Assembly (NCBI GenBank): GCA_963827885.1
Contig: CAWHDD010000011.1
Span: forward strand, 44,184-108,183
Length of the DNA: 64,000 nucleotides
Reading direction: 5' to 3'
Source: an uncultured Alphaproteobacteria bacterium
Lineage (GTDB): Bacteria > Pseudomonadota > Alphaproteobacteria > Rhizobiales > Rhodomicrobiaceae
Position 1 is the stretch's first letter. Each line of letters opens with the position of its first letter. Both the position numbers and the translations under genes were made by a program. Below the pieces are notes generated by a model, which did no database searches, was not told the origin of the DNA, and was given only the letters and a program-made list of their open reading frames with translations. This document shows positions 1-9,023 of this stretch, one piece after another.

Positions 1-280
1 CTGCCGCCAGATGGGAGCGGCCAACCGCCTCCCAGGTCTCGTCGCCGAAGAGCACCCCACCGATTCCTTGCGCGAATGCCGCGATCGGGTGGCGGACCCC
101 GGCGGCGGCCAGATGCTTGCTCACCAGGTAGGCGGCCTGGTAACGCGCCCTGATCAGCAACTGGCCGTTGGCGGAGATGAGCTGATTGACCTGGCTCAGC
201 GCGTCCTGGAGCAGGGCGTGGAGGCCGTGGTAATCGCCCTTCGCGTCGAGAGTAGCGATGGTCTCGAACATGGCACGCAT
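1..280 (-). CDS. hypothetical protein, N-terminal fragment (gene continues beyond window start)
   Basis: The reverse strand is open from ATG (280-278) to position 1: MRAMFETIATLDAKGDYHGLHALLQDALSQVNQLISANGQLL... Codon usage is GC3-rich like the neighbours. It is absent from the ORF track only because no stop lies in the window. No family recognised. Confidence 0.35.
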   Translation of the reverse strand, partial: MRAMFETIATLDAKGDYHGLHALLQDALSQVNQLISANGQLLIRARYQAAYLVSKHLAAAGVRHPIAAFAQGIGGVLFGDETWEAVGRSHLAA

Positions 281-553
281 TATGAGGGGCCTTTTTATTG
301 CAAAGATGCCCATCGCGCCCGGCAACCGGGACTGGCCGCCGAGTTTTGCGCTCGTACTTTGCCGTGGCGGTGCCGCAGAGACCCCGGAGCCGCATGAATG
401 CATTGTTCATGCGGCGGTTGTCAAAAGCAATTTTGGGGATGTATTGAGGGGGAGCGGCATTTATCCACCGCCGCAAAGTAAAGCTCTCAGAATGTACTAA
501 TTATTTCAGACAATATAAATAAACATCAACGCTTTGCATTGCTTCCCGGCGGT

Positions 554-1084
554 TCATGTCTCGCCGTCTCTGGCCCGCAGCGTCAAATTCTGATGCCCCT
601 TCGGCCCGAGGATCGGCTTCAGGCTGGACACCGTGCGCACATTCACGCCTGCCCAGCCGATTTCGCCCGACAGCCGCCCGAACTCGATCTTCGGGCAGCG
701 GTTCATCACCACCTTGAGGCCCGCCGCCTCGGCCAGCGCCGCCGCCTCGTCATTGCGCACCGTGAGCTGCATCCACACCACCTTGGCGCCGATGGCGATG
801 GCATCCCTGGTGATGGCAAGCGCGGCCTCGGCGTTGCGGAAGATGTCCACCACGTCCACCGGCTCCGGGATATCGCGCAATCCGGCATAGACTTTCTGCC
901 CCAGGATTTCGCCGCCCGCCTGTCCGGGATTGACCGGGATGACGCGATAGCCTTTGGCGAGCAGGTATTTCTGCACGAAATAGCTCGGCCGCACGGGATT
1001 GTTGCTGGCGCCCACCATGGCGAACGTCTTGCAGGACGTCAGGATCGAGCGGATGTAATCGTCGGAATAGCTGTCATGGTTCAT
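554..1084 (-). CDS. CoA-binding domain protein (YccU/YneT-like)
   Basis: 176-aa ORF. CKTFAMVGASNNPVRPSYFVQKYLLAKGYRVIPVNP and VDVVDIFRNAE match the Rossmann-like CoA-binding family. Confidence 0.85.
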   Translation of the reverse strand: MNHDSYSDDYIRSILTSCKTFAMVGASNNPVRPSYFVQKYLLAKGYRVIPVNPGQAGGEILGQKVYAGLRDIPEPVDVVDIFRNAEAALAITRDAIAIGAKVVWMQLTVRNDEAAALAEAAGLKVVMNRCPKIEFGRLSGEIGWAGVNVRTVSSLKPILGPKGHQNLTLRARDGET

Positions 1085-1108
1085 GGGGAAAATCCATCAA
1101 TGCGCCGC

Positions 1109-1921
1109 TCACTCGGACGGCCAGCGGGGCGCGCGCTTAGCCATGAAGGCGCCGATGCCTTCCACGGCGTCCGGCATCAGCATGTTGTCCGCCATGATGG
1201 CGCTGTTACAGGCATAAGCTTCGTCCAGCGGCATGCCCATCTGTCCGTAAAGCGCCTGCTTGCCCAGCGCCATCGCCTCCGGTGATTTCGTTGCGATGAG
1301 GTTCGCCAGCGCCATTGTCTCGTCCATCAGCCGCGCGCCGGGAACGACGCGGTTGACCAGCCCCATGGCGGCGGCCCGCTCCGCACCGATCATCTCGCCC
1401 GTGAGCAGCATCTCCGCCGCGTGCTTCTTTGCCACGGTCCGCGACAGCGCCACGGCGGGCGTCGAGCAGAACAGGCCGATGTTGACGCCGGGCGTGCAGA
1501 ATTTCACATCGGTTGCCGCAATCGCCAGATCGCACGCCGCGACGAGCTGGCATCCCGCCGCGCTGGCGATGCCGTTCACGGCGGCGATGACCGGCTTGGG
1601 GCAGGCGGCGATGCTCTGCATCACCTGCGAGCAGAGGCCGAAGATGTGTGCGAAATAAGCTTCGCCGCCATCGGGATCGTCGCGGCGGGCGGTCATTTCC
1701 TTCAGGTCGTGGCCCGAGCAGAATGCGGGCGGCGCGCCGGTCAGCACCACGGCCCGGATATCCCCTTCGCCGCTCAGACGTTCAAAGGCTTCCTCCAGCG
1801 AAACGAGCAGCGCTTCGGACAGGCAGTTGCGTGCCTCCGGCCGGTTGAGGGTGAGCACGGCCACGGGGCCGCGATTTTCGTGAAGCAGCACACACTCATT
1901 ACGGACTTTCGGCATCAGCAT
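1109..1921 (-). CDS. enoyl-CoA hydratase/isomerase (crotonase) family protein
   Basis: 270-aa ORF with crotonase-fold motifs: VAVLTLNRPEARNCLS, FCSGHDLKEM, VIAAVNGIASAAGCQLVAACD. Confidence 0.85.
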   Translation of the reverse strand: MLMPKVRNECVLLHENRGPVAVLTLNRPEARNCLSEALLVSLEEAFERLSGEGDIRAVVLTGAPPAFCSGHDLKEMTARRDDPDGGEAYFAHIFGLCSQVMQSIAACPKPVIAAVNGIASAAGCQLVAACDLAIAATDVKFCTPGVNIGLFCSTPAVALSRTVAKKHAAEMLLTGEMIGAERAAAMGLVNRVVPGARLMDETMALANLIATKSPEAMALGKQALYGQMGMPLDEAYACNSAIMADNMLMPDAVEGIGAFMAKRAPRWPSE

Positions 1922-2049
1922 TCCTTACATGACCGGGGAGCGGTCTAGTACAGCCCGATGGCCAAGTTCGCCCCCCATTCGCCGCGTGGGCTCAGGCGAA
2001 CTTGGCCATCGGATAAGGCGTACCAGCCGCCCCAATTACAGCGTCACAG

Positions 2050-2646
2050 TTATTTTAGCCCTTTATTGACCTCGGCATCGATAGCTTTTTCCATGCCGCG
2101 TACAATCTCCAGATTTTCTGGCAGCGGTGCGAGGACGCCCTCGTCTCCCATTTGCTTTTGCGCTTCCGCCAGCAGCTTGCGCTTCTGCTTTTCGTTGAGG
2201 AACGGCATGTCGTTGATCTGCTTGGCGACTTTGGCCGCGTCCTTGTCAGAAACCGGCTTGGCATCGCCGGACTTCAGGCGGCCATAGGCCAGCGCGGCCG
2301 AGTAGGTGACGGACAGCCACTCGCCGCTATCCTTGAAGCCGTGGGTTTTCACCGTGGCGTCGGCCTCGGCGCGCGCGGCGTCGTCGCCGGCGAACAGCAT
2401 CAGCGCTTCCAGCGGATCTTTCATCTTGGCGGCGTTGGCGCCCTTGGCGGCGGCCTGCCGGATGGCGAGATTGCGCATGGCGGGATAGGCTTTCAGCCAG
2501 CGCGTGACGCTCTCCTTGGTCAGCGGGATCTGCCCGTTCTTGGGTTTGCCGGCGTCAGCACTGGAAACGGTGAAAACGGCGGCGCAGATGCAGACGGCGA
2601 TCAACGCCGCGCGCGCGGCCAGCCGGAGGTTGATATTAAGAGCCAT
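2050..2646 (-). CDS. hypothetical exported protein
   Basis: The ORF is 2050-2679. The likely start is the internal Met at 2646, which gives the signal peptide MALNINLRLAARAALIAVCICAAVFTVSSADA. The remainder is Lys/Ala-rich and helical. No family recognised. Confidence 0.55.
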   Translation of the reverse strand: MALNINLRLAARAALIAVCICAAVFTVSSADAGKPKNGQIPLTKESVTRWLKAYPAMRNLAIRQAAAKGANAAKMKDPLEALMLFAGDDAARAEADATVKTHGFKDSGEWLSVTYSAALAYGRLKSGDAKPVSDKDAAKVAKQINDMPFLNEKQKRKLLAEAQKQMGDEGVLAPLPENLEIVRGMEKAIDAEVNKGLK

Positions 2647-2918
2647 CGGTATCACTCCCTGTGGCGATGTTCGCGGCATGATTACACGGATGCCACGGCC
2701 TAAAAAAGGTGAAGCCCGATGGATGGCACGAATTTAGCCCGCCGCCAATACTCTGCCTTGGATGGCGGGCGGCAATCAACGTGGCGGCATGCCGCCCGCT
2801 TCATGTGGTATTATTTTACCACCACAAAAAACCCCTGCAACGCCAGGAGAATCTTGACTTGAGTTGCAATCCACGTTAGCAACGGCCTCGCGAATTACGC
2901 GACCAACGGGATCATTCT

Positions 2919-3386
2919 ATGAAAACCTATACAGCCAAACCGTCGGATATCGAGAAGCGCTGGGTGCTGATCGACGGCCGCGGTCTTGTCGTCGGGCGCC
3001 TCGCCTCCATCATCGCCATGCGTCTGAGGGGCAAGCACAAACCGACATTCACGCCGCACATGGATTGCGGCGACAACGTTATTGTGGTGAACGCCGACAA
3101 GGTCGTGTTTACCGGCAAAAAGCGCACCGACAAAATCTATTACTGGCACACCGGCTATCCGGGCGGCATCAAGAGCCGTACCGCCGACAAGATTTTGGAC
3201 GGCCGTTTCCCCGAGCGGGTGCTGACGAAAGCCGTTGAGCGCATGCTGCCGGGCGGCGTGCTGAAGCGGCGCCAGTTGACGAATTTGCGCGTCTATGCCG
3301 GCGAGACTCACCCGCACGAGGCGCAGGAGCCGGAGAAATTGGATATCGCTGCAATGAATAAGAAGAACCTTGCGAGGGCGAAATAA
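2919..3386 (+). CDS. rplM: 50S ribosomal protein L13
   Basis: 155-aa ORF with typical L13 sequence: [62 protein letters not shown]. Followed by rpsI. Confidence 0.97.
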   Translation: MKTYTAKPSDIEKRWVLIDGRGLVVGRLASIIAMRLRGKHKPTFTPHMDCGDNVIVVNADKVVFTGKKRTDKIYYWHTGYPGGIKSRTADKILDGRFPERVLTKAVERMLPGGVLKRRQLTNLRVYAGETHPHEAQEPEKLDIAAMNKKNLARAK

Positions 3387-3832
3387 TGCTCGAAATTCAA
3401 GTCGCCACACCGGCAGCACCGGTTGCCGTGCAGAAGCTCGACAAATACGGCCGCGCCTATGCCACGGGCAAGCGCAAGAACGCCGTCGCGCGCGTGTGGG
3501 TGAAGCCCGGCGTTGGCCGCATCACCGTCAATGACAAGGAATTCGCTGCCTATTTCGCCCGGCCCGTGCTGCAAATGATCCTGAAGCAGCCGCTGATCAC
3601 AGCCAACCGCGCCAGCCAGTATGATGTGGTGTGCACGGTTGCTGGCGGCGGTCTGTCCGGTCAGGCGGGCGCGGTACGTCACGGCCTGTCCAAGGCGCTC
3701 ACCTATTTCGAGCCGGAACTGCGCGGCGTGCTGAAGAAAGCCGGGTTCCTCACCCGCGACAGCCGTGTGGTGGAACGCAAGAAGTACGGCAAGGCCAAGG
3801 CCCGCCGCAGCTTCCAGTTCTCGAAGCGCTAA
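3386..3832 (+). CDS. rpsI: 30S ribosomal protein S9
   Basis: 148-aa ORF overlapping the rplM stop by 1 nt. Contains [15 protein letters not shown] and the C-terminal [19 protein letters not shown] typical of S9. Confidence 0.95.
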   Translation: MLEIQVATPAAPVAVQKLDKYGRAYATGKRKNAVARVWVKPGVGRITVNDKEFAAYFARPVLQMILKQPLITANRASQYDVVCTVAGGGLSGQAGAVRHGLSKALTYFEPELRGVLKKAGFLTRDSRVVERKKYGKAKARRSFQFSKR

Positions 3833-3860
3833 GCGCGGCGAGCGGAACGTTTATCGAGAA

Positions 3861-3896
3861 ACTCGCGGGGGCGGATGTTCCCCGCGAGTTTTTTTG
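3861..3896 (+). terminator. intrinsic terminator after rplM-rpsI
   Basis: Perfect 10-bp stem ACTCGCGGGG/CCCCGCGAGT (3861-3870 and 3880-3889) followed by T7. It lies between convergent genes, so it may act on both strands. Confidence 0.85.
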
Positions 3897-3961
3897 TGTC
3901 CGCAGCAGGCGGCGGAGGCGCTGCCGCGATTTCGGCGGCTGGCCCCCGGCGGCGTTGGAGA

Positions 3962-4438
3962 TTATCGCTTGCCCAGTTCGCAGGCTTTGTTGATCCCGTC
4001 CATTTTTGCCTGCGCGGCCTTGTCGTTATTGCCGAGATCGGTGAGGAACTTGCCGATGGCGGCTTCATCCCCCACGGCATTGAATTTCTCCTTGAGGCAA
4101 GGGCACCGCTGTTTGCAAGCCGCGTCGTCCTTGCAATTGGACTCGCAGGTCTTCAGCACCTGCGAAAGCCCGACGCTGCCCGCGCAAGTGGCCACGGCAC
4201 TCTGCAACACCGCGTTGGACGCCTTTCCCGGACTGGTGATCTTGCCGCGGATCGCGCCGGTGAAGCACGCGCAATACGCCTTGCAGTATTCCATGTCCTT
4301 GCCCTCCGGCGAACATCCCTGGAGGCAGCCGTTTTCAACCTCCGCAAGGCCGGCGTCCGTGTCCCCGGCGGCGAAGGCACCGCCCGCCGTGACCAGAAGC
4401 AGCCCAAGAAAAAAGATACCTGTCAGAATCGCGCGCAT
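3962..4438 (-). CDS. secreted cysteine-rich hypothetical protein (12 Cys)
   Basis: 158-aa ORF with signal peptide MRAILTGIFFLGLLLVTAGGAFAA. The mature part contains 12 cysteines in CxxxC/CxC-like spacing. No family recognised. Confidence 0.55.
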   Translation of the reverse strand: MRAILTGIFFLGLLLVTAGGAFAAGDTDAGLAEVENGCLQGCSPEGKDMEYCKAYCACFTGAIRGKITSPGKASNAVLQSAVATCAGSVGLSQVLKTCESNCKDDAACKQRCPCLKEKFNAVGDEAAIGKFLTDLGNNDKAAQAKMDGINKACELGKR

Positions 4439-4686
4439 GTTTCCCCCTGTGTTTTATATGTGTGGCTTCGAGAATGCCCTTGTGAGTGCGAACTTCGGCC
4501 AAACCGTGATTTTGCACCTGCCGGGAGAGAAATCCATTCATAAATTCAGCATGTTGCGCGATTGAACTGCCGCCGTCTCATGACGCAACACCGGCGTACC
4601 GAAATGCGCCATCAACCGGCGGACGTTTCCTTTCCCGCGCGGATCAGGCATGAATCAAGGGAAACGCCAGCAGCGGAGGCGAGAGC

Positions 4687-6114
4687 ATGGCCAATCTTCT
4701 CCAGTTCTACATCGACGGCGCGTGGCGCGATCCCATCGCCTTGAAAACCATGTCCGTTGTCAATCCCGCTACGGAGGAGACGCTCTACGAGGTCGCGCTG
4801 GGCGGACCGCAGGACATCGACGCCGCCGTTGCCGCCGCCCGGCGCGCCTTCGAGACCTTCTCCCTCAACACGCGCGAGGAACGCGCCGCGCTGCTCGCCC
4901 GTATCATCGAAGTCTACCAGAGCCGCGCCAAGGAGATCGGGGCCGCCATCAGCGATGAAATGGGCGCGCCGCTGCCATTGGCCGAACGCTCGCAAGCCGG
5001 CGCGGGGCTCATGCACCTGACGACCACGCTCGATGTTTTGCAGACCTACCCCTTCGAGGAGCGGCTCGGCTCAGCCATGCTGCTGCGCGAGCCCGTGGGC
5101 GTGGCCGGCATGATTACGCCGTGGAACTGGCCGCTCAACCAGATCGCTTGCAAGGTGGCGCCAGCGCTCGCCGCTGGCTGCACCATGGTGCTGAAGCCCT
5201 CGGAATACACGCCATCCTCCGCTCTGATTTTCGCCGAGGTGCTGCACGAGGCAGGCGTGCCGGCGGGCGTGTTCAACCTCGTCAACGGCCTCGGGCCGGA
5301 GGCCGGCGCGGCCATGAGCGCGCACTCCGGCCTCGACATGATCTCCTTCACCGGCTCGACGCGGGCCGGCATCGACGTCATGCAGCGCGCCGCACCCACG
5401 GTGAAGCGCGTGAGCCAGGAACTGGGCGGCAAGTCGCCCTGCATCGTTCTGGAGGACGCGGATTTCGAGAAGGCGGTCAGCAATTGCACGGGCCATTGCT
5501 TCAACAATTCCGGGCAATCCTGCAACGCGCCAACGCGCCTGCTGGTGCCGCTGGATCGCATGGACGAGGCCGCCGCCATCGCCGCCGCCGTGGCCGGGCG
5601 GACCAAAGCGGGCGATCCGCGCGCGGCGGATACGGTCATCGGGCCGGTGGTCAACCGGGTGCAGTGGGAGAAAATTCAGGGGCTCATCCAGAAGGGCATC
5701 GACGAAGGCGCGGTGCTCGCCGCCGGCGGTCCGGGGCGGCCGGACGGGCTGAGCAAAGGTTTCTACGTGCGCCCGACGGTGTTCGCGCATGTCAGCAACG
5801 AAATGACCATCGCGCGGGAGGAGATTTTCGGGCCGGTGCTGTCCATCATCGGCTATCGCGGCGAGGACGACGCCGTGCGGATCGCCAATGACACGTCTTA
5901 CGGTCTGGCGGGCTACGTGGTGTCTGGCGACATCGCGCGGGCGCGGCGGGTGGCGCGGCGGCTGCGCGCGGGCAACGTCAACCTCAATGGCGCGTACAAC
6001 GTCCGGGGCGCGCCATTCGGCGGCTACAAGCAGTCGGGGAACGGCCGTGAATGCGGCCGCATCGGCTTCGAGGAGTACCTGGAGGTCAAGGCCCTCGCGG
6101 GGTGGGGTGCCTGA
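4687..6114 (+). CDS. NAD(P)+-dependent aldehyde dehydrogenase
   Basis: 475-aa intact ORF with ALDH motifs: ITPWNWPL, VLKPSEYTP, ELGGKSP, FNNSGQSCNAPTR (catalytic Cys), EEIFGPV. Confidence 0.9.
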   Translation: MANLLQFYIDGAWRDPIALKTMSVVNPATEETLYEVALGGPQDIDAAVAAARRAFETFSLNTREERAALLARIIEVYQSRAKEIGAAISDEMGAPLPLAERSQAGAGLMHLTTTLDVLQTYPFEERLGSAMLLREPVGVAGMITPWNWPLNQIACKVAPALAAGCTMVLKPSEYTPSSALIFAEVLHEAGVPAGVFNLVNGLGPEAGAAMSAHSGLDMISFTGSTRAGIDVMQRAAPTVKRVSQELGGKSPCIVLEDADFEKAVSNCTGHCFNNSGQSCNAPTRLLVPLDRMDEAAAIAAAVAGRTKAGDPRAADTVIGPVVNRVQWEKIQGLIQKGIDEGAVLAAGGPGRPDGLSKGFYVRPTVFAHVSNEMTIAREEIFGPVLSIIGYRGEDDAVRIANDTSYGLAGYVVSGDIARARRVARRLRAGNVNLNGAYNVRGAPFGGYKQSGNGRECGRIGFEEYLEVKALAGWGA

Positions 6115-6132
6115 TTCGTTCCCGGCGTCCGC

Positions 6133-6906
6133 TCAGGCCGCCGCGTGACGGGCGAGGAACGCCAGCACGCCGTTCTTGTATACCCGGTCGCCGACGGCCT
6201 TCATATGATCGCGGCGCGGAATATCCAGCAGCTCCGCGCCGGGAATGAGCGCCACCAGTGCCCCGGCCTCCCCCGCGATGGTGTCCTCCGTCCCCACGGC
6301 CACCAGCACCGGCATGGCCAGCGCCGCCAGCATCTCCGGCGTGATCTTCTGCCCCGGCGAGCGCATGCAGGCCGCCAGCGCTTTCAGGTCGCTCCCGGTT
6401 TCCTCGGCGAAAACGCGGAAGCTGCGGGCGGCGGGGTTGGCGACGTCATCGGCGCTTGGCGCCTCCAGCGCATCGGCGACGGCGCCGCGCACCTTCAACC
6501 CCTGCACCAGATTGCTGCCCACACCGCCCAGGATCAGGCTTTGCACCCGCGACGGATGGTTGACAGCGAGGAATGTGGAGATGCGCGAGCCCATGGAATA
6601 GCCCATGACATGGGCGCGCTCGATGTGCAGATGATCGAGCAGCCGGCGGGCGTCCTCCGCCATCAGCGGCGCGCCGTAGGCGGCCTCATCGTACAGCTTG
6701 GCGCTCTGGCCGTGGCCGCGATTGTCGAAGGCGATAATGCGGTAGCCAGCGTCCGTCAGCGCGCTGATCCAGCCGGGGGAGCCCCAGTTTATCCGCACAT
6801 TGGAGGCGAAGCCGTGAATGAGCAGGACCGGCGCGCCCTCGCCCTGGTCCATGTAGGCGATATCGACGCCATCGGAATTGAAATGCCGCATATCCATGGT
6901 GGTCAT
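6133..6906 (-). CDS. alpha/beta-fold hydrolase
   Basis: 257-aa ORF with the HGF oxyanion motif (VLLIHGFASN) and the nucleophile elbow GYSMGS. Confidence 0.85.
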   Translation of the reverse strand: MTTMDMRHFNSDGVDIAYMDQGEGAPVLLIHGFASNVRINWGSPGWISALTDAGYRIIAFDNRGHGQSAKLYDEAAYGAPLMAEDARRLLDHLHIERAHVMGYSMGSRISTFLAVNHPSRVQSLILGGVGSNLVQGLKVRGAVADALEAPSADDVANPAARSFRVFAEETGSDLKALAACMRSPGQKITPEMLAALAMPVLVAVGTEDTIAGEAGALVALIPGAELLDIPRRDHMKAVGDRVYKNGVLAFLARHAAA

Positions 6907-7169
6907 CCTTTGCCGCGCCGGGCCTCACATCCAGCCTGGATTATCCGCAATCGCCGCCTTGCGCAAATCCGGTTTGCAAGCGGCCTGCCCTCGGCGTGAT
7001 GCGATTTGATTAAAATGCAAGACATGACCGCATATTTGAGATGCAGCCTGTGGCACCTCCTTGTTTCTGAGCAAAAGGGCACCGCGCCGCGTTTTTCGGG
7101 GATGACGGGCTGTGACCGGGGAAGTAATCTGGTCCCCTCTCTGAAAAAAACTCCGAGGGGAGACCCGCC

Positions 7170-7781
7170 ATGAGCCTCGAATTCCTGCTCACTTCGCTCA
7201 TCATCGTGGCATCCCCCGGCACCGGCGTGGTCTACACACTGGCGGCCGGCCTCTCGCGCGGCGCCCGCGCCAGCATCGTGGCGGCATTCGGCTGCACGCT
7301 CGGCATCGTTCCGCACATTGCGGCGGCGATCATCGGACTGGCGGCGCTCCTCCACACCAGCGCCGTGGCGTTTCAGCTCTTCAAATACGCCGGCGTCGTC
7401 TACCTCCTCTACATGGCCTGGAACGCGCTGCGCGAGACGGGCGCGCTGAAGGTCGAGAAGGATGTCAGCCCGCGCCCGGCCGCCCAGGTGATGCTCACGG
7501 CCATCCTCATCAACATCCTCAATCCCAAGCTGTCGATTTTCTTCCTGGCCTTCCTGCCGCAATTCGTGAGCGCGGACGAGGCAAGCCCGCTGCCGCGCAT
7601 GCTGCTGCTCAGCGCCGCGTTCATGCTGATGACCTTCGCCGTTTTCGCCGTCTACGGGATATTTGCCGCCTCGGTGCGCGATTACGTGGTGTCCCGCCCG
7701 CGGGTGCTGACCTGGATGCGCCGCACATTCGCCGGCGCCTTCGTCGCCCTCGGCGCCAAGCTGGCGTTTGCGGAGCGTTGA
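7170..7781 (+). CDS. LysE/RhtB family amino-acid exporter
   Basis: 203-aa ORF with six predicted TM helices. SPGTGVVYTLAAGLSRG and NPKLSIFFLAFLPQF are typical LysE-family motifs. Confidence 0.85.
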   Translation: MSLEFLLTSLIIVASPGTGVVYTLAAGLSRGARASIVAAFGCTLGIVPHIAAAIIGLAALLHTSAVAFQLFKYAGVVYLLYMAWNALRETGALKVEKDVSPRPAAQVMLTAILINILNPKLSIFFLAFLPQFVSADEASPLPRMLLLSAAFMLMTFAVFAVYGIFAASVRDYVVSRPRVLTWMRRTFAGAFVALGAKLAFAER

Positions 7782-7916
7782 GCGGATACACCGCGATTAC
7801 GCCTGCCAGACAAATTGCCGCCGCCAGTTAATGATTGCAAAACAGCGGCTGTGATATGCGTGTTTGTCACTGAACTATGAACACAAGCCCTGCGTATACA
7901 TGGGCGCACCCGGCAA

Positions 7917-9023
7917 ATGGGGAGGATGACCATGAAATGGGGCGCGATATTATTGGCGGCAGCGGCGGCGTTGTCCATCGCGGGGTGCCGCGATGAGGCG
8001 CCGCGCGTGGCGGAAGTGCGCCCGGTGCGCGTCATGACCGTCGATCCCAAGCCCATCGACGACGACCGCCAGGCCGTCGGCGAGATCCGCGCCGCGCTAT
8101 GAAAGCGATCTGGGCTTCCGCGTCGCCGGCAAGGTGATTTCGCGGCGGTTGACGTCGGCGCTGCGGTCAAGAAGGGCGATGTCCTGGCCCGGCTCGACGA
8201 CCAGGAATACCGCAACAAGCTGCAATCGGCGGAGGCGGATGTCGCCTCGGCCGACGCCGTGCTGGTGGAGGCGCAAGGGCGCGGAGGACCGTTCGCGTCA
8301 ACTGCTGGCCTCCGGCACCACGACGCAGGCCAATTACGACAGCGCCCTGACGAATCTGCGTTCAGCCGAGGCCAAGCTCGACCTCCGCCAAGGCCGCGCG
8401 CGATCTCGCCAAGGATCAGCTCAGCATACACGGAACTGCACGCGGACTTCGACGGCATCGTCACGGCGACGGGCGCCGAGCCGGGGCAGGTCGTCAACGT
8501 CGGGCAGATGATCGTCCGTCTGGCGCAGCCCGAGCGACAAGGACGCCGTCTTCAATATCGCCGAAGTCCGCCTTCAAGGACCGCCCGAAGGAGGACGAGC
8601 CTCGAGGATCATCGTCGCGCTGCTGGCCAATCCCGGCATCACGGCTGACGGCGTCGTGCGCGAAATCTCGCCGGTCGCCGATCCGGTGACGCGCACCTAT
8701 CAGGTCAAGGTGACACTCGAAGTCGCCGCCCGAGCAGATGCGCTTCGGCGCCAGCGTCGTCGGCCGGCTCAAGGCCGTCGACCGCGCCCGTCGTGGTGCT
8801 GCCGGCCAGCGCGCTGTTCGACAAGGCGGGCAAGCCGGCCGTCTGGGTGGTCGATCCGCCGCCAGGCGCGGTCACACTCAAGCCCGTGTGGTCGCGCGCT
8901 ATGAGACGGACCGCGTCGTCGTCAGCGACGGTCTGACCAAGGGCGACATCGTCGTCACGGCCGGCGTCAACCGGCTGCGCGAAGGGCAGAAGGTGCGGCT
9001 GGCCGAAGGCGCCGGCACAATGA
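7917..9023 (+). pseudogene. RND efflux periplasmic adaptor (membrane-fusion) subunit, frame broken by several 1-nt indels
   Basis: Lipoprotein signal (LSIAGC). Fragments in three frames (ORFs 7917-8102, 8134-8511, 8259-8648, 8656-8904, 8738-) read as one MFP: RYESDLGFRVAGKVISRR / VDVGAAVKKGDVLARLDDQEYRNKL / TTQANYDSA / YTELHADFDGIVTATGAEPGQVVNVGQMIVRLA / ISPVADPVTRTYQVKVTL / VVSDGLTKGDIVVTAGVNRLREGQKVRL. The presumed stop TGA at 9021-9023 overlaps the pump ATG. Confidence 0.8.
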
